Below are positions 19,372-32,139 of a DNA stretch of 64,000 nt, piece after piece. The stretch lies in the NCBI RefSeq assembly GCF_030384885.1, contig NZ_CP128613.1; one strand, 5' to 3'. Position 1 is the stretch's first letter; every line of letters begins with the position of its first letter. The notes under the pieces are model-generated. The model was not told the DNA's origin, did not search any database, and was given only the letters and a program-made list of their open reading frames with translations. Made by a program: the position numbers and the translations under genes. The stretch comes from Escherichia coli. Its GTDB lineage: Bacteria; Pseudomonadota; Gammaproteobacteria; Enterobacterales; Enterobacteriaceae.

Positions 19372-20422
19372 GCGCGATGCAATCAATCATATCCGGCAGT
19401 TTGGCGGGCGTCTGGATCGCTTCCGTAAATCGGTCGGCGGCTCTGGCGACGGCGGTCGTAACGCGCCAAAACGGGCGAAATCCTCGCCAAAACCGGTAAA
19501 TCGCAAAACCAACGTTTTCAACGAACAGGTGCGCTATGCCTTCCACGGCGCATTGCAGGATCTGAAAAGTAAACCGTTCGCCACGTTTTTAACGGTGATG
19601 GTTATCGCCATCTCCCTGACGCTGCCCAGCGTCTGTTATATGGTGTACAAAAACGTTAACCAGGCGGCGACGCAGTATTATCCGTCACCGCAAATCACCG
19701 TTTATCTGCAAAAAACGCTGGACGATGACGCCGCTGCGGGCGTGGTGGCACAGTTGCAGGCCGAGCAAGGTGTAGAGAAAGTGAATTATCTTTCTCGTGA
19801 AGACGCACTGGGCGAGTTCCGTAACTGGTCTGGTTTTGGTGGTGCGCTGGATATGCTGGAAGAAAACCCGCTTCCGGCAGTGGCGGTGGTGATCCCGAAA
19901 CTCGATTTTCAGGGGACCGAGTCACTGAATACCTTGCGCGATCGTATCACCCAGATCAACGGCATTGACGAAGTGCGAATGGATGACAGCTGGTTTGCCC
20001 GTCTGGCGGCGTTGACCGGGCTGGTCGGGCGCGTTTCGGCAATGATCGGCGTATTGATGGTGGCGGCAGTGTTCCTCGTCATCGGTAACAGTGTGCGTCT
20101 GAGCATCTTTGCTCGCCGTGACTCCATTAACGTACAGAAACTGATTGGTGCGACAGATGGTTTCATCCTGCGCCCATTCCTGTACGGTGGCGCATTGCTG
20201 GGATTTTCTGGCGCATTGCTGTCATTAATTTTGTCGGAAATTCTGGTCCTGCGTTTGTCTTCGGCGGTTGCGGAAGTGGCACAGGTTTTCGGAACGAAGT
20301 TTGATATCAATGGCTTATCTTTCGATGAATGTCTGCTTTTGCTGCTGGTGTGTTCGATGATTGGCTGGGTGGCAGCCTGGCTTGCCACGGTACAACATTT
20401 ACGCCACTTTACGCCTGAATAA
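19364..20422 (+). CDS. ftsX: cell division permease FtsX
   Basis: Recognised from [15 protein letters not shown] (352 aa); ATG overlaps the ftsE stop. Confidence 0.95.
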
Positions 20423-20546
20423 TAAAAGCGTGTTATACTCTTTCCCTGCAATGGGTTCCGTAGCAGGGAAAGAGACCCCGTTGTCTCTTCCCGGTATTTC
20501 ATCTCTATGTCACATTTTGTGCGTAATTTATTCACAGCGTTGCATT

Positions 20547-20573
20547 GAACTTGTGGATAAAATCACGGTCTGA
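20547..20573 (+). promoter_or_regulatory. rpoH sigma-E-dependent promoter (P3)
   Basis: GAACTT - 16 bp - TCTGA matches the sigma-E consensus and the known rpoH P3 sequence (ttgaacttgtggataaaatcacggtctgataaaac). Confidence 0.85.
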
Positions 20574-20666
20574 TAAAACAGTGAATGATAACCTCGTTGC
20601 TCTTAAGCTCTGGCACAGTTGTTGCTACCACTGAAGCGCCAGAAGATATCGATTGAGAGGATTTGA

Positions 20667-21521
20667 ATGACTGACAAAATGCAAAGTTTAGCTTTAGCCC
20701 CAGTTGGCAACCTGGATTCCTACATCCGGGCAGCTAACGCGTGGCCGATGTTGTCGGCTGACGAGGAGCGGGCGCTGGCTGAAAAGCTGCATTACCATGG
20801 CGATCTGGAAGCAGCAAAAACGCTGATCCTGTCTCACCTGCGGTTTGTTGTTCATATTGCTCGTAATTATGCGGGCTATGGCCTGCCACAGGCGGATTTG
20901 ATTCAGGAAGGTAACATCGGCCTGATGAAAGCAGTGCGCCGTTTTAACCCGGAAGTGGGTGTGCGCCTGGTCTCCTTCGCCGTTCACTGGATCAAAGCAG
21001 AGATCCACGAATACGTTCTGCGCAACTGGCGTATCGTCAAAGTTGCGACCACCAAAGCGCAGCGCAAACTGTTCTTCAACCTGCGTAAAACCAAGCAGCG
21101 TCTGGGCTGGTTTAATCAGGATGAAGTCGAAATGGTGGCCCGTGAACTGGGCGTAACCAGCAAAGACGTACGTGAGATGGAATCGCGTATGGCGGCACAG
21201 GACATGACCTTTGACCTGTCTTCCGATGACGATTCCGACAGCCAGCCGATGGCTCCGGTGCTTTATCTGCAGGATAAATCGTCCAACTTTGCCGACGGCA
21301 TTGAAGATGATAACTGGGAAGAGCAGGCGGCAAACCGTCTGACCGACGCGATGCAGGGCCTGGATGAGCGTAGCCAGGACATTATCCGCGCACGCTGGTT
21401 GGACGAAGACAACAAGTCCACGTTGCAGGAACTGGCTGACCGTTACGGTGTTTCCGCTGAGCGTGTGCGCCAGCTGGAAAAGAACGCGATGAAAAAACTT
21501 CGCGCTGCTATTGAAGCGTAA
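20667..21521 (+). CDS. rpoH: RNA polymerase sigma-32 factor RpoH
   Basis: 284 aa; recognised ([34 protein letters not shown]...). Confidence 0.98.
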   Translation: MTDKMQSLALAPVGNLDSYIRAANAWPMLSADEERALAEKLHYHGDLEAAKTLILSHLRFVVHIARNYAGYGLPQADLIQEGNIGLMKAVRRFNPEVGVRLVSFAVHWIKAEIHEYVLRNWRIVKVATTKAQRKLFFNLRKTKQRLGWFNQDEVEMVARELGVTSKDVREMESRMAAQDMTFDLSSDDDSDSQPMAPVLYLQDKSSNFADGIEDDNWEEQAANRLTDAMQGLDERSQDIIRARWLDEDNKSTLQELADRYGVSAERVRQLEKNAMKKLRAAIEA

Positions 21522-21540
21522 TTTCCACTATTAATCAGAG

Positions 21541-21576
21541 AACCCTGGATGAGAGTCCGGGGTTTTTGTTTTTTGG
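21541..21576 (+). terminator. rho-independent terminator after rpoH
   Basis: Hairpin aaccctggatgagagtccggggtt followed by tttgttttttgg. Confidence 0.75.
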
Positions 21577-21792
21577 ACCTCTGCAATAATCAATTACCCC
21601 CTCCGACAAAACGCCAATCCCCACGCAGATTGTTAATAAACTGTCAAAATAGCTATTCCAATATCATAAAAATCGGGTATGTTTTAGCAGAGTATGCTGC
21701 TAAAGCACGGGTAGTCATGCATAAAACGAAATAAAGTGCTGAACAACAACATCACAACACACGTAATAACCAGATGAATGGGGATTCTCAGG

Positions 21793-22896
21793 ATGAATAT
21801 AAAGGGTAAAGCGTTACTGGCAGGATGTATCGCGCTGGCATTCAGCAATATGGCTCTGGCAGAAGATATTAAAGTCGCGGTTGTGGGCGCAATGTCCGGT
21901 CCGGTGGCCCAGTACGGCGACCAGGAGTTTACTGGCGCAGAGCAGGCAGTTGCGGATATTAACGCTAAAGGCGGTATCAAAGGCAACAAACTGCAAATCG
22001 TAAAATATGACGATGCCTGTGACCCGAAACAGGCGGTTGCGGTGGCGAACAAAGTCGTTAACGACGGCATTAAATATGTCATTGGCCACCTCTGTTCTTC
22101 ATCAACGCAGCCAGCGTCTGACATCTACGAAGACGAAGGCATTTTAATGATCACCCCAGCAGCAACCGCACCAGAGCTGACCGCCCGTGGCTATCAGCTG
22201 ATCCTGCGCACCACCGGCCTGGACTCCGACCAGGGACCGACGGCGGCGAAATATATTCTTGAGAAAGTGAAACCGCAGCGTATTGCTATCGTTCATGATA
22301 AACAGCAATACGGCGAAGGTCTGGCGCGTGCGGTGCAGGACGGCCTGAAGAAAGGCAATGCTAACGTGGTGTTCTTTGATGGCATCACCGCCGGGGAAAA
22401 AGATTTCTCAACGCTGGTGGCGCGTCTGAAAAAAGAGAATATCGACTTCGTTTACTACGGCGGTTATCACCCGGAAATGGGGCAGATCCTGCGTCAGGCA
22501 CGCGCGGCAGGGCTGAAAACTCAGTTTATGGGGCCGGAAGGCGTGGCTAACGTCTCGCTGTCTAACATTGCGGGCGAATCAGCGGAAGGGCTGCTGGTAA
22601 CCAAGCCGAAGAACTACGATCAGGTTCCGGCGAACAAACCCATTGTTGACGCGATCAAAGCGAAAAAACAGGACCCAAGCGGCGCGTTCGTCTGGACCAC
22701 CTACGCCGCGCTGCAATCTTTGCAGGCGGGCCTGAATCAGTCTGACGATCCGGCTGAAATCGCCAAATACCTGAAAGCGAACTCCGTGGATACCGTGATG
22801 GGGCCGCTGACCTGGGATGAGAAAGGCGATCTGAAAGGCTTTGAGTTCGGCGTATTTGACTGGCACGCCAACGGCACGGCGACCGATGCGAAGTAA
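21793..22896 (+). CDS. livJ: Leu/Ile/Val-binding periplasmic protein LivJ
   Basis: Recognised from [23 protein letters not shown] (367 aa). Confidence 0.96.
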   Translation: MNIKGKALLAGCIALAFSNMALAEDIKVAVVGAMSGPVAQYGDQEFTGAEQAVADINAKGGIKGNKLQIVKYDDACDPKQAVAVANKVVNDGIKYVIGHLCSSSTQPASDIYEDEGILMITPAATAPELTARGYQLILRTTGLDSDQGPTAAKYILEKVKPQRIAIVHDKQQYGEGLARAVQDGLKKGNANVVFFDGITAGEKDFSTLVARLKKENIDFVYYGGYHPEMGQILRQARAAGLKTQFMGPEGVANVSLSNIAGESAEGLLVTKPKNYDQVPANKPIVDAIKAKKQDPSGAFVWTTYAALQSLQAGLNQSDDPAEIAKYLKANSVDTVMGPLTWDEKGDLKGFEFGVFDWHANGTATDAK

Positions 22897-22939
22897 TCAT
22901 TAATCGGCAACTTTGGGTTGCCGCCAAATTGCTAATATC

Positions 22940-23050
<111 letters not shown>

Positions 23051-23096
23051 CAGGCAATTTCTCGTTGGTCATCACTTTTGAAATCAAACTTGACGA

Positions 23097-23480
23097 TTAA
23101 CGCTTCTCCCAGCCGCCCTGTTGTGCCGTAAACCCCAGCGCCTGCATAAACGCCGTCATCACGCCGCGATCTTCCACGCCTGCATCCGCCATCCACCAGC
23201 CTGAAACGCCGGGATTGTTACGCAAAACCTCTTCCAGCAAATATTGCCCCACACCGCGACGTCGGGTGACTTCCCGCACGCGCAGGGAATCCAGTGCCCC
23301 CTCGGTGCCGCTTAAGGTTACGCGCACGGCAGCAAGCAGGCGCTCGTTAAAACGCGCGGCGTAGATGCGGTGGTTATCGTCAACCTGTAAAGAGGAAGAT
23401 GAATACTCCGGCCAGATCTTTTGCAGATCAATCCGGTCCTGGTCGCTAAAGTGTTCTAATCGAATGATGGTCAGCTTCAT
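23097..23480 (-). CDS. panM: PanD maturation factor PanM/PanZ (YhhK), GNAT fold
   Basis: 127 aa; recognised (MKLTIIRLEHFSDQDRIDLQKIW...). Confidence 0.92.
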   Translation of the reverse strand: MKLTIIRLEHFSDQDRIDLQKIWPEYSSSSLQVDDNHRIYAARFNERLLAAVRVTLSGTEGALDSLRVREVTRRRGVGQYLLEEVLRNNPGVSGWWMADAGVEDRGVMTAFMQALGFTAQQGGWEKR

Positions 23481-23903
23481 GGGGAACCCGTGTAAATCAC
23501 AAAAGTGGAACCAGTGTAGCGAAATAATTTAATCGGAGGCTTTCTCTTTTTTATTTCTTTTGGCAGGTGATTAATTTTTTAACAGCAATAATTACAAATT
23601 AAAAACATTAGAGAATGAAAAATGTCCAGCATAATCCCCTGAATGGTAGTGAATTATTCCGCCCTTTGTACCGTTATTTTATGCTGACAACGGCGCTTTT
23701 TTCTGTTTATCTATCAATAAATTCAGAATATTATCTGTTCTTAATCGACTGAAAAATAGGGATTTTAATCGCTATTATCACAAAACACTGCGCTAAACCC
23801 TTAATCAGACAGGCAAAAACAGTGCAGTATAAAAAAAGTACAGTCTGATTTGTTAACACATAAAAACAAAGCAACACAACATCACGAATGGGGATTTTTG
23901 ACT

Positions 23904-25013
23904 ATGAAACGGAATGCGAAAACTATCATCGCAGGGATGATTGCACTGACAATTTCACACACCGCTATGGCCGACGATATTAAAGTTGCCGTTGTCGGCG
24001 CGATGTCCGGTCCGATTGCCCAGTGGGGCGATATGGAATTTAACGGCGCGCGTCAGGCGATTAAAGACATTAATGCCAAAGGGGGAATTAAGGGCGATAA
24101 GCTGGTGGGCGTGGAATATGACGACGCCTGCGACCCGAAGCAAGCCGTTGCGGTCGCCAACAAAATCGTTAGCGACGGCATTAAATACGTTATTGGTCAT
24201 CTGTGTTCTTCTTCTACCCAACCTGCATCAGATATCTACGAAGATGAAGGTATTTTGATGATCTCGCCGGGGGCGACCAACCCGGAACTGACTCAACGCG
24301 GTTATCAACACATCATGCGGACTGCCGGGCTGGACTCTTCCCAGGGGCCTACGGCGGCAAAATACATTCTTGAGACGGTGAAGCCCCAGCGCATCGCCAT
24401 CATTCACGACAAACAACAGTATGGCGAAGGGCTGGCGCGTTCGGTGCAGGACGGATTGAAAGCAGCCAATGCCAACGTCGTCTTCTTCGACGGTATTACC
24501 GCTGGTGAGAAAGATTTCTCCGCGCTGATCGCACGCCTGAAAAAAGAAAACATCGACTTCGTTTACTACGGCGGTTACTACCCGGAAATGGGGCAGATGC
24601 TGCGCCAGGCCCGTTCCGTTGGCCTGAAAACTCAGTTTATGGGGCCGGAAGGGGTGGGTAATGCGTCGCTGTCGAACATTGCCGGTGATGCCGCCGAAGG
24701 TATGTTGGTCACTATGCCAAAACGCTATGACCAGGACCCGGCAAACAAAGGCATCGTTGATGCGCTGAAAGCAGACAAGAAAGATCCGTCCGGGCCATAT
24801 GTCTGGATCACCTACGCGGCGGTGCAATCTCTGGCGACTGCCCTTGAGCGTACCGGCAGCGATGAGCCGCTGGCGCTGGTGAAAGATTTAAAAGCTAACG
24901 GTGCAAACACCGTGATTGGGCCGCTGAACTGGGATGAAAAAGGCGATCTTAAGGGATTTGATTTTGGTGTCTTCCAGTGGCACGCCGACGGTTCATCGAC
25001 GGCAGCCAAGTGA
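23904..25013 (+). CDS. livK: leucine-specific periplasmic binding protein LivK
   Basis: Recognised from [15 protein letters not shown] (369 aa); paralogue of LivJ. Confidence 0.96.
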   Translation: MKRNAKTIIAGMIALTISHTAMADDIKVAVVGAMSGPIAQWGDMEFNGARQAIKDINAKGGIKGDKLVGVEYDDACDPKQAVAVANKIVSDGIKYVIGHLCSSSTQPASDIYEDEGILMISPGATNPELTQRGYQHIMRTAGLDSSQGPTAAKYILETVKPQRIAIIHDKQQYGEGLARSVQDGLKAANANVVFFDGITAGEKDFSALIARLKKENIDFVYYGGYYPEMGQMLRQARSVGLKTQFMGPEGVGNASLSNIAGDAAEGMLVTMPKRYDQDPANKGIVDALKADKKDPSGPYVWITYAAVQSLATALERTGSDEPLALVKDLKANGANTVIGPLNWDEKGDLKGFDFGVFQWHADGSSTAAK

Positions 25014-25060
25014 TCATCCCACCGCCCGTGAAATGCGGGCGGTTTTAGAAAGGTTACCTT

Positions 25061-25987
25061 ATGTCTGAGCAGTTTTTGTATTTCTTGCAGCAGATGTTTA
25101 ACGGCGTCACGCTGGGCAGTACCTACGCGCTGATAGCCATCGGCTACACCATGGTTTACGGCATTATCGGCATGATCAACTTCGCCCACGGCGAGGTTTA
25201 TATGATCGGCAGCTACGTCTCCTTTATGATCATCGCCGCACTGATGATGCTGGGTATTGATACCGGCTGGCTGCTGGTGGCGGCGGGATTCGTCGGCGCA
25301 ATCGTCATTGCCAGCGCCTATGGCTGGAGTATCGAACGTGTGGCTTACCGCCCGGTGCGTAACTCTAAGCGCCTGATTGCGCTCATCTCGGCAATCGGCA
25401 TGTCCATCTTCCTGCAAAACTACGTCAGCCTGACCGAAGGTTCGCGCGACGTGGCGCTACCCAGCCTGTTTAACGGTCAGTGGGTTGTGGGCCATAGTGA
25501 AAACTTCTCTGCCTCTATTACCACCATGCAGGCGGTGATCTGGATTGTTACCTTCCTCGCCATGTTGGCGCTGACAATTTTCATCCGCTATTCCCGCATG
25601 GGGCGCGCCTGTCGTGCCTGCGCGGAAGACCTGAAAATGGCGAGCCTGCTTGGCATCAACACTGACCGGGTGATTGCGCTGACCTTTGTGATTGGCGCGG
25701 CGATGGCGGCGGTGGCCGGCGTGTTGCTCGGCCAGTTCTACGGCGTAATTAATCCCTACATCGGCTTTATGGCCGGGATGAAAGCCTTTACTGCTGCGGT
25801 ACTCGGTGGGATTGGCAGTATTCCGGGAGCGATGATTGGCGGCTTGATCCTGGGGATTGCGGAGGCGCTCTCTTCTGCCTATCTGAGTACGGAATATAAG
25901 GATGTGGTTTCATTTGCCCTGCTGATTCTGGTGTTGCTGGTGATGCCGACCGGTATTCTGGGTCGCCCGGAGGTAGAGAAAGTATGA
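25061..25987 (+). CDS. livH: branched-chain amino acid ABC transporter permease LivH
   Basis: 308-aa membrane protein, recognised. Confidence 0.97.
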   Translation: MSEQFLYFLQQMFNGVTLGSTYALIAIGYTMVYGIIGMINFAHGEVYMIGSYVSFMIIAALMMLGIDTGWLLVAAGFVGAIVIASAYGWSIERVAYRPVRNSKRLIALISAIGMSIFLQNYVSLTEGSRDVALPSLFNGQWVVGHSENFSASITTMQAVIWIVTFLAMLALTIFIRYSRMGRACRACAEDLKMASLLGINTDRVIALTFVIGAAMAAVAGVLLGQFYGVINPYIGFMAGMKAFTAAVLGGIGSIPGAMIGGLILGIAEALSSAYLSTEYKDVVSFALLILVLLVMPTGILGRPEVEKV

Positions 25988-27261
25988 AACCGATGCATAT
26001 TGCAATGGCGCTGCTCTCTGCCGCCATGTTCTTTGTTCTCGCGGGCGTCTTTATGGGTGTGCAACTGGAGCTGGACGGCACCAAACTGGTGGTCGATACG
26101 GCTTCAGACATCCGTTGGCAGTGGGTGTTTATTGGCACTGCGGTGGTCTTTTTCTTCCAGCTTGTGCGACCTGCGTTTCAGAAAGGATTGAAAAGCGTTT
26201 CCGGGCCGAAGTTTATTCTGCCCGCGATTGATGGCTCCACGGTGAAGCAAAAGCTGTTCCTCGTCGCACTGTTGGTGCTTGCGGTGGCGTGGCCGTTTAT
26301 GGTGTCGCGCGGGACGGTGGATATCGCCACCCTGACCATGATCTACATTATCCTCGGCCTCGGGCTGAACGTGGTGGTGGGGCTGTCTGGCTTACTGGTA
26401 CTGGGTTACGGTGGTTTTTACGCCATCGGCGCTTACACCTTTGCGCTGCTCAATCACTATTACGGTCTTGGCTTCTGGACCTGTTTGCCGATTGCCGGGT
26501 TGATGGCGGCGGCGGCGGGCTTCCTGCTCGGCTTCCCGGTGTTGCGTTTACGTGGCGACTATCTGGCGATCGTTACCCTCGGTTTCGGCGAAATTGTGCG
26601 CATATTGCTGCTCAATAACACGGAAATCACCGGCGGTCCGAACGGAATCAGTCAGATCCCGAAACCGACACTCTTCGGACTCGAGTTCAGTCGCACCGCC
26701 CGCGAAGGCGGCTGGGATACGTTCAGCAATTTCTTTGGCCTGAAATACGACCCGTCCGATCGCGTCATCTTCCTCTACCTGGTGGCGTTACTGTTGGTGG
26801 TGTTAAGCCTGTTTGTCATTAATCGCTTACTGCGGATGCCGCTGGGCCGCGCCTGGGAAGCGTTGCGTGAAGATGAAATCGCTTGTCGTTCGCTGGGCTT
26901 AAGCCCGCGTCGTATCAAGCTGACTGCCTTTACCATCAGCGCTGCGTTTGCCGGTTTTGCCGGAACGCTGTTCGCGGCGCGTCAGGGATTTGTCAGCCCG
27001 GAATCTTTCACCTTTGCCGAATCGGCGTTTGTGCTGGCGATAGTGGTGCTCGGTGGTATGGGTTCGCAATTTGCGGTGATTCTGGCGGCAATTTTGCTGG
27101 TGGTGTCGCGCGAGTTGATGCGTGATTTCAACGAATACAGCATGTTAATGCTCGGTGGTTTGATGGTGCTGATGATGATCTGGCGTCCGCAGGGCTTGCT
27201 GCCCATGACGCGCCCGCAACTGAAGCTGAAAAACGGCGCAGCGAAAGGAGAGCAGGCATGA
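25984..27261 (+). CDS. livM: branched-chain amino acid ABC transporter permease LivM
   Basis: 425 aa; ATGA overlap with livH stop. Confidence 0.97.
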   Translation: MKPMHIAMALLSAAMFFVLAGVFMGVQLELDGTKLVVDTASDIRWQWVFIGTAVVFFFQLVRPAFQKGLKSVSGPKFILPAIDGSTVKQKLFLVALLVLAVAWPFMVSRGTVDIATLTMIYIILGLGLNVVVGLSGLLVLGYGGFYAIGAYTFALLNHYYGLGFWTCLPIAGLMAAAAGFLLGFPVLRLRGDYLAIVTLGFGEIVRILLLNNTEITGGPNGISQIPKPTLFGLEFSRTAREGGWDTFSNFFGLKYDPSDRVIFLYLVALLLVVLSLFVINRLLRMPLGRAWEALREDEIACRSLGLSPRRIKLTAFTISAAFAGFAGTLFAARQGFVSPESFTFAESAFVLAIVVLGGMGSQFAVILAAILLVVSRELMRDFNEYSMLMLGGLMVLMMIWRPQGLLPMTRPQLKLKNGAAKGEQA

Positions 27262-28025
27262 GTCAGCCATTATTATCCGTTAACGGCCTGATGATGCGCT
27301 TCGGCGGCCTGCTGGCGGTGAATAACGTCAATCTTGAACTGTACCCGCAGGAGATCGTCTCGTTAATCGGCCCTAACGGTGCCGGAAAAACCACGGTTTT
27401 TAACTGCCTGACCGGTTTCTACAAACCCACCGGTGGCACTATTTTACTGCGCGATCAGCATCTGGAAGGTTTGCCCGGCCAGCAAATCGCCCGCATGGGC
27501 GTGGTGCGCACCTTCCAGCATGTGCGTCTGTTCCGTGAAATGACGGTGATTGAAAACTTGCTGGTGGCGCAGCATCAGCAACTGAAAACCGGGCTGTTCT
27601 CCGGCCTGTTGAAAACGCCATCCTTCCGTCGCGCCCAAAGTGAAGCGCTCGACCGCGCCGCCACCTGGCTTGAGCGCATTGGTTTGCTGGAACACGCCAA
27701 CCGCCAGGCGAGCAACCTGGCCTATGGTGACCAGCGCCGTCTGGAGATCGCCCGCTGCATGGTAACGCAGCCGGAGATTTTAATGCTCGACGAACCAGCG
27801 GCAGGTCTTAACCCGAAAGAAACCAAAGAGCTGGATGAGCTGATTGCCGAACTGCGTAACCATCACAACACCACTATCTTGTTGATTGAACACGATATGA
27901 AGCTGGTGATGGGGATTTCAGACAGAATTTACGTGGTCAATCAGGGGACGCCGCTGGCAAACGGTACGCCGGAGCAGATCCGTAATAACCCGGACGTGAT
28001 CCGTGCCTATTTAGGTGAGGCATAA
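27258..28025 (+). CDS. livG: branched-chain amino acid ABC transporter ATPase LivG
   Basis: 255 aa; Walker [10 protein letters not shown]. Confidence 0.97.
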   Translation: MSQPLLSVNGLMMRFGGLLAVNNVNLELYPQEIVSLIGPNGAGKTTVFNCLTGFYKPTGGTILLRDQHLEGLPGQQIARMGVVRTFQHVRLFREMTVIENLLVAQHQQLKTGLFSGLLKTPSFRRAQSEALDRAATWLERIGLLEHANRQASNLAYGDQRRLEIARCMVTQPEILMLDEPAAGLNPKETKELDELIAELRNHHNTTILLIEHDMKLVMGISDRIYVVNQGTPLANGTPEQIRNNPDVIRAYLGEA

Positions 28026-28026
28026 G

Positions 28027-28740
28027 ATGGAAAAAGTCATGTTGTCCTTTGACAAAGTCAGCGCCCACTACGGCAAAATCCAGGCGCTGCATGAGGTGAG
28101 CCTGCATATCAATCAGGGCGAAATTGTCACGCTGATTGGCGCGAACGGGGCGGGGAAAACCACCTTGCTCGGCACGTTATGCGGCGACCCACGCGCCACC
28201 AGCGGGCGAATTGTGTTTGATGATAAAGACATTACCGACTGGCAGACGGCGAAAATCATGCGCGAAGCGGTAGCGATTGTCCCGGAAGGACGTCGCGTCT
28301 TCTCACGCATGACGGTGGAAGAGAACCTGGCGATGGGCGGCTTTTTTGCCGAACGCGACCAGTTCCAGGAGCGCATAAAGTGGGTGTATGAACTGTTTCC
28401 GCGTCTGCATGAGCGCCGTGTTCAGCGAGCGGGCACTATGTCTGGCGGTGAACAGCAGATGCTAGCGATTGGTCGCGCTTTGATGAGTAACCCGCGTTTG
28501 CTACTGCTTGATGAGCCATCGCTCGGGCTGGCACCGATTATCATCCAGCAAATTTTCGACACCATCGAACAACTGCGCGAGCAGGGGATGACCATCTTCC
28601 TCGTCGAGCAGAACGCCAACCAGGCGCTAAAGCTGGCGGATCGCGGCTACGTGCTGGAAAACGGTCATGTAGTGCTCTCCGATACCGGCGACGCGCTGCT
28701 GGCGAATGAAGCAGTGAGAAGTGCATATTTAGGCGGGTAA
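28027..28740 (+). CDS. livF: branched-chain amino acid ABC transporter ATPase LivF
   Basis: Recognised from MEKVMLSFDKVSAHYGKIQAL (237 aa); Walker A GANGAGKTT. Confidence 0.96.
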   Translation: MEKVMLSFDKVSAHYGKIQALHEVSLHINQGEIVTLIGANGAGKTTLLGTLCGDPRATSGRIVFDDKDITDWQTAKIMREAVAIVPEGRRVFSRMTVEENLAMGGFFAERDQFQERIKWVYELFPRLHERRVQRAGTMSGGEQQMLAIGRALMSNPRLLLLDEPSLGLAPIIIQQIFDTIEQLREQGMTIFLVEQNANQALKLADRGYVLENGHVVLSDTGDALLANEAVRSAYLGG

Positions 28741-28858
28741 ATTATCGAATACCCGGCAGCCACGTTCTGCCGGGCTCTTCGTCCGTATACAGACTTGTTT
28801 CAACAGACCGGGAGGATTAAAACCAGACCACTTATTTGCCACGGAAAGGTTCCCTCCC

Positions 28859-29605
28859 ATGCATTATGCCGTTGTCGTCATGCTTGAACTGCTTTGCTGT
28901 ATTCACGCTTACCGTACTGGACAAGAGCGGTATTGGATTTTTATCATCTTCTGTTTTCCGGTGATTGGCTGCGTGGCGTATTTTGTCATGGTGATGCTGC
29001 CAGAAACGGGCGCTGACCGTCACGGGCGTACCTTTCTGATGCGCCTGCAGGACAAAATCAATCCGGAACGTCACCTGCGCAAATTAACCGAAGAGCTGGC
29101 GATTGCCGAGACCAATCAAAACCACTATCAACTTGCCAACGAGCTGGCGCGTCTGGAGCGTTACCACGAAGCCGTTCCCCATTATCAGCAGGCGTTAAGC
29201 GGGATATTCGTCCATGAAGCGGCAATGATGCTAAGCCTGGCGCAGGCGCAGTTTGCCATTCAGGAGTTCGCCGCCTGTCAGCAGACGCTGGAAGATGTGA
29301 TGCGTTATAACCCCGATTTTCAGTCGGCAGACGGACACTTGTTATTCGCCAGAACCTTAGCCGCCCAGGAGAAATACGCTGACGCGGAAAGCGAGTTTGA
29401 AGTATTGATTTCTTATTACCCCGGCCCGCAGGCACGTATTTTCTATGCGGAAATGCTGGCGAAAATGAGTCGACTACGTGAAGCCAACGAGCAATATGTT
29501 GCTGTGGTTGATACGGCTAAACGCTCAAGACCACATTATAGAAAACACCACCGGGAATGGATTAAGACCGCCAATGACCGGCTGAAGCAGAGTATTGTTC
29601 GATAA
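28859..29605 (+). CDS. hypothetical membrane-anchored protein: PLDc_N-like two-helix N-terminus plus helical (TPR-like) soluble domain
   Basis: 248-aa ORF with E. coli-like codon usage; N-terminus YWIFIIFCFPVIGCVAYFVMVML resembles the cardiolipin-synthase N-terminal (PLDc_N) motif W..II...P..G...Y; followed by its own hairpin terminator; weak Shine-Dalgarno. Confidence 0.6.
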   Translation: MHYAVVVMLELLCCIHAYRTGQERYWIFIIFCFPVIGCVAYFVMVMLPETGADRHGRTFLMRLQDKINPERHLRKLTEELAIAETNQNHYQLANELARLERYHEAVPHYQQALSGIFVHEAAMMLSLAQAQFAIQEFAACQQTLEDVMRYNPDFQSADGHLLFARTLAAQEKYADAESEFEVLISYYPGPQARIFYAEMLAKMSRLREANEQYVAVVDTAKRSRPHYRKHHREWIKTANDRLKQSIVR

Positions 29606-29610
29606 GTGCT

Positions 29611-29641
29611 GCGCCAGATAGTCTCTGGCGCATTAATTTTT
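29611..29641 (+). terminator. rho-independent terminator after the 248-aa ORF
   Basis: Perfect 8-bp stem gcgccaga/tctggcgc, then attaattttt. Confidence 0.6.
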
Positions 29642-29700
29642 CCCAACGTAGCATTATCCGTGCCCCATCTCCCATTTTCCCTCACCCGTACCGTCACCGC

Positions 29701-29745
29701 CTTGTCATCTTTCTGACACCTTACTATCTTACAAATGTAACAAAA
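29701..29745 (+). promoter_or_regulatory. ugpB promoter Pho boxes (PhoB binding)
   Basis: cTTGTCATctttCTGaCAC and the following direct-repeat-like segments match the Pho box consensus CTGTCATA(A/T)A(T/A)CTGTCA(C/T), about 100 bp upstream of ugpB. Confidence 0.65.
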
Positions 29746-29837
29746 AAGTTATTTTTATGTAATTCGAGCATGTCATGTTACCCCGCGAGCATAAAACGCG
29801 TGAATTCGCGCATTCGGTACAACAAGAGAGATAAACG

Positions 29838-31154
29838 ATGAAACCGTTACATTATACAGCTTCAGCACTGGCGCTCGGACTGGCGTTAATGGGGAATGCA
29901 CAGGCAGTGACGACCATTCCGTTCTGGCATTCTATGGAAGGGGAATTGGGTAAAGAGGTGGATTCTCTGGCCCAACGTTTTAACGCCGAAAACCCGGATT
30001 ACAAAATTGTACCGACCTATAAAGGCAACTACGAACAGAATTTAAGCGCGGGGATTGCCGCATTTCGTACCGGCAACGCGCCGGCTATTTTGCAGGTTTA
30101 TGAAGTTGGCACCGCCACCATGATGGCGTCGAAAGCCATTAAACCGGTGTATGACGTGTTTAAAGAAGCGGGGATTCAATTCGATGAGTCGCAGTTTGTG
30201 CCGACGGTTTCAGGCTACTACTCCGACAGCAAAACCGGTCACTTACTCTCCCAGCCGTTCAACAGCTCGACTCCCGTTCTCTATTACAACAAAGATGCTT
30301 TCAAGAAAGCGGGATTAGACCCGGAACAGCCGCCGAAAACCTGGCAGGATCTGGCAGACTATGCCGCGAAACTGAAAGCCTCCGGCATGAAGTGCGGCTA
30401 CGCAAGCGGCTGGCAGGGCTGGATCCAACTGGAAAACTTTAGCGCCTGGAACGGTCTGCCGTTTGCCAGCAAAAACAACGGCTTTGACGGCACGGACGCG
30501 GTGCTTGAGTTCAACAAGCCGGAGCAGGTGAAACACATCGCCATGCTCGAAGAGATGAACAAGAAGGGCGATTTCAGTTACGTCGGGCGTAAGGATGAAT
30601 CCACCGAGAAGTTCTATAACGGTGATTGCGCGATGACGACCGCTTCTTCCGGTTCTCTTGCCAACATTCGCGAGTATGCCAAATTCAACTACGGCGTAGG
30701 TATGATGCCTTACGACGCCGATGCGAAAGATGCGCCACAAAACGCCATTATCGGCGGGGCCAGCCTGTGGGTGATGCAGGGCAAAGATAAAGAAACTTAC
30801 ACCGGCGTGGCGAAGTTCCTCGACTTCCTCGCGAAGCCAGAAAACGCTGCCGAGTGGCATCAGAAAACCGGTTATCTGCCAATCACCAAAGCGGCGTATG
30901 ACCTGACCCGTGAGCAGGGCTTTTACGAGAAAAACCCCGGGGCGGATACCGCGACGCGTCAGATGCTGAACAAGCCGCCGTTACCGTTCACCAAAGGGCT
31001 GCGTCTGGGCAACATGCCGCAGATCCGCGTGATTGTGGATGAAGAGCTGGAGAGCGTGTGGACCGGTAAGAAGACACCACAGCAGGCGCTGGATACCGCC
31101 GTTGAGCGTGGGAACCAGTTACTGCGCCGCTTTGAGCAGTCTACGAAGTCTTAA
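29838..31154 (+). CDS. ugpB: sn-glycerol-3-phosphate-binding periplasmic protein UgpB
   Basis: 438 aa, recognised. Confidence 0.97.
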   Translation: MKPLHYTASALALGLALMGNAQAVTTIPFWHSMEGELGKEVDSLAQRFNAENPDYKIVPTYKGNYEQNLSAGIAAFRTGNAPAILQVYEVGTATMMASKAIKPVYDVFKEAGIQFDESQFVPTVSGYYSDSKTGHLLSQPFNSSTPVLYYNKDAFKKAGLDPEQPPKTWQDLADYAAKLKASGMKCGYASGWQGWIQLENFSAWNGLPFASKNNGFDGTDAVLEFNKPEQVKHIAMLEEMNKKGDFSYVGRKDESTEKFYNGDCAMTTASSGSLANIREYAKFNYGVGMMPYDADAKDAPQNAIIGGASLWVMQGKDKETYTGVAKFLDFLAKPENAAEWHQKTGYLPITKAAYDLTREQGFYEKNPGADTATRQMLNKPPLPFTKGLRLGNMPQIRVIVDEELESVWTGKKTPQQALDTAVERGNQLLRRFEQSTKS

Positions 31155-31165
31155 CCAGTGAAATG

Positions 31166-31232
31166 TCGGATGCGTTTCGCTTATCTGACCTGGCATCGCG
31201 TGTAGGCCGGATAAGCGAAGCGCATCCGGCAC
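31166..31232. repeat. REP elements
   Basis: tgtcggatgcgtttcgcttatctgacctggca and tgtaggccggataagcgaagcgcatccggcac. Confidence 0.75.
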
Positions 31233-31251
31233 AGTTCAGGAATTAACCGTA

Positions 31252-32139
31252 ATGTCATCATCCCGTCCGGTGTTCCGCTCGCGCTGGCTGCCTTATTTGC
31301 TGGTCGCGCCGCAGCTTATCATCACCGTTATCTTTTTTATCTGGCCTGCGGGCGAAGCGTTGTGGTACTCGCTACAAAGCGTCGATCCGTTTGGCTTTTC
31401 CAGCCAGTTTGTCGGCCTGGATAACTTCGTCACGCTGTTTCATGACAGCTACTATCTCGACTCCTTCTGGACGACGATAAAATTCAGCACCTTTGTCACG
31501 GTCAGCGGTTTGCTGGTGTCGCTGTTCTTCGCGGCGCTGGTGGAGTACATCGTGCGCGGCAGCCGTTTCTATCAAACCTTAATGCTGCTGCCGTATGCCG
31601 TGGCTCCCGCCGTTGCCGCCGTATTGTGGATCTTCCTGTTTAACCCTGGTCGCGGGCTGATCACTCATTTTCTCGCTGAGTTCGGCTACGACTGGAACCA
31701 TGCGCAAAACAGCGGTCAGGCAATGTTCCTGGTGGTGTTTGCCTCAGTATGGAAGCAAATCAGCTACAACTTTCTGTTCTTCTATGCCGCGCTGCAATCC
31801 ATTCCCCGTTCGTTGATTGAAGCCGCAGCCATCGACGGGGCTGGCCCGATTCGCCGCTTCTTTAAGATTGCGCTGCCGCTTATCGCGCCGGTGAGTTTCT
31901 TCCTGCTGGTGGTGAACCTGGTGTACGCCTTCTTCGACACCTTCCCGGTGATCGATGCCGCCACGTCCGGCGGACCGGTTCAGGCTACCACGACGCTGAT
32001 TTATAAGATCTACCGCGAAGGCTTTACCGGGCTGGATTTGGCTTCGTCTGCCGCGCAGTCGGTGGTGTTGATGTGCCTCGTCATCGTGCTGACGGTGGTG
32101 CAGTTCCGCTATGTTGAAAGCAAGGTGCGTTACCAATGA
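31252..32139 (+). CDS. ugpA: sn-glycerol-3-phosphate ABC transporter permease UgpA
   Basis: 295 aa, recognised. Confidence 0.96.
   Translation: MSSSRPVFRSRWLPYLLVAPQLIITVIFFIWPAGEALWYSLQSVDPFGFSSQFVGLDNFVTLFHDSYYLDSFWTTIKFSTFVTVSGLLVSLFFAALVEYIVRGSRFYQTLMLLPYAVAPAVAAVLWIFLFNPGRGLITHFLAEFGYDWNHAQNSGQAMFLVVFASVWKQISYNFLFFYAALQSIPRSLIEAAAIDGAGPIRRFFKIALPLIAPVSFFLLVVNLVYAFFDTFPVIDAATSGGPVQATTTLIYKIYREGFTGLDLASSAAQSVVLMCLVIVLTVVQFRYVESKVRYQ

Noticed and set aside
24228-25417. 199-aa and 201-aa minus-strand ORFs
   Set aside because: Antisense to livK/livH; no ribosome-binding sites or conservation logic.
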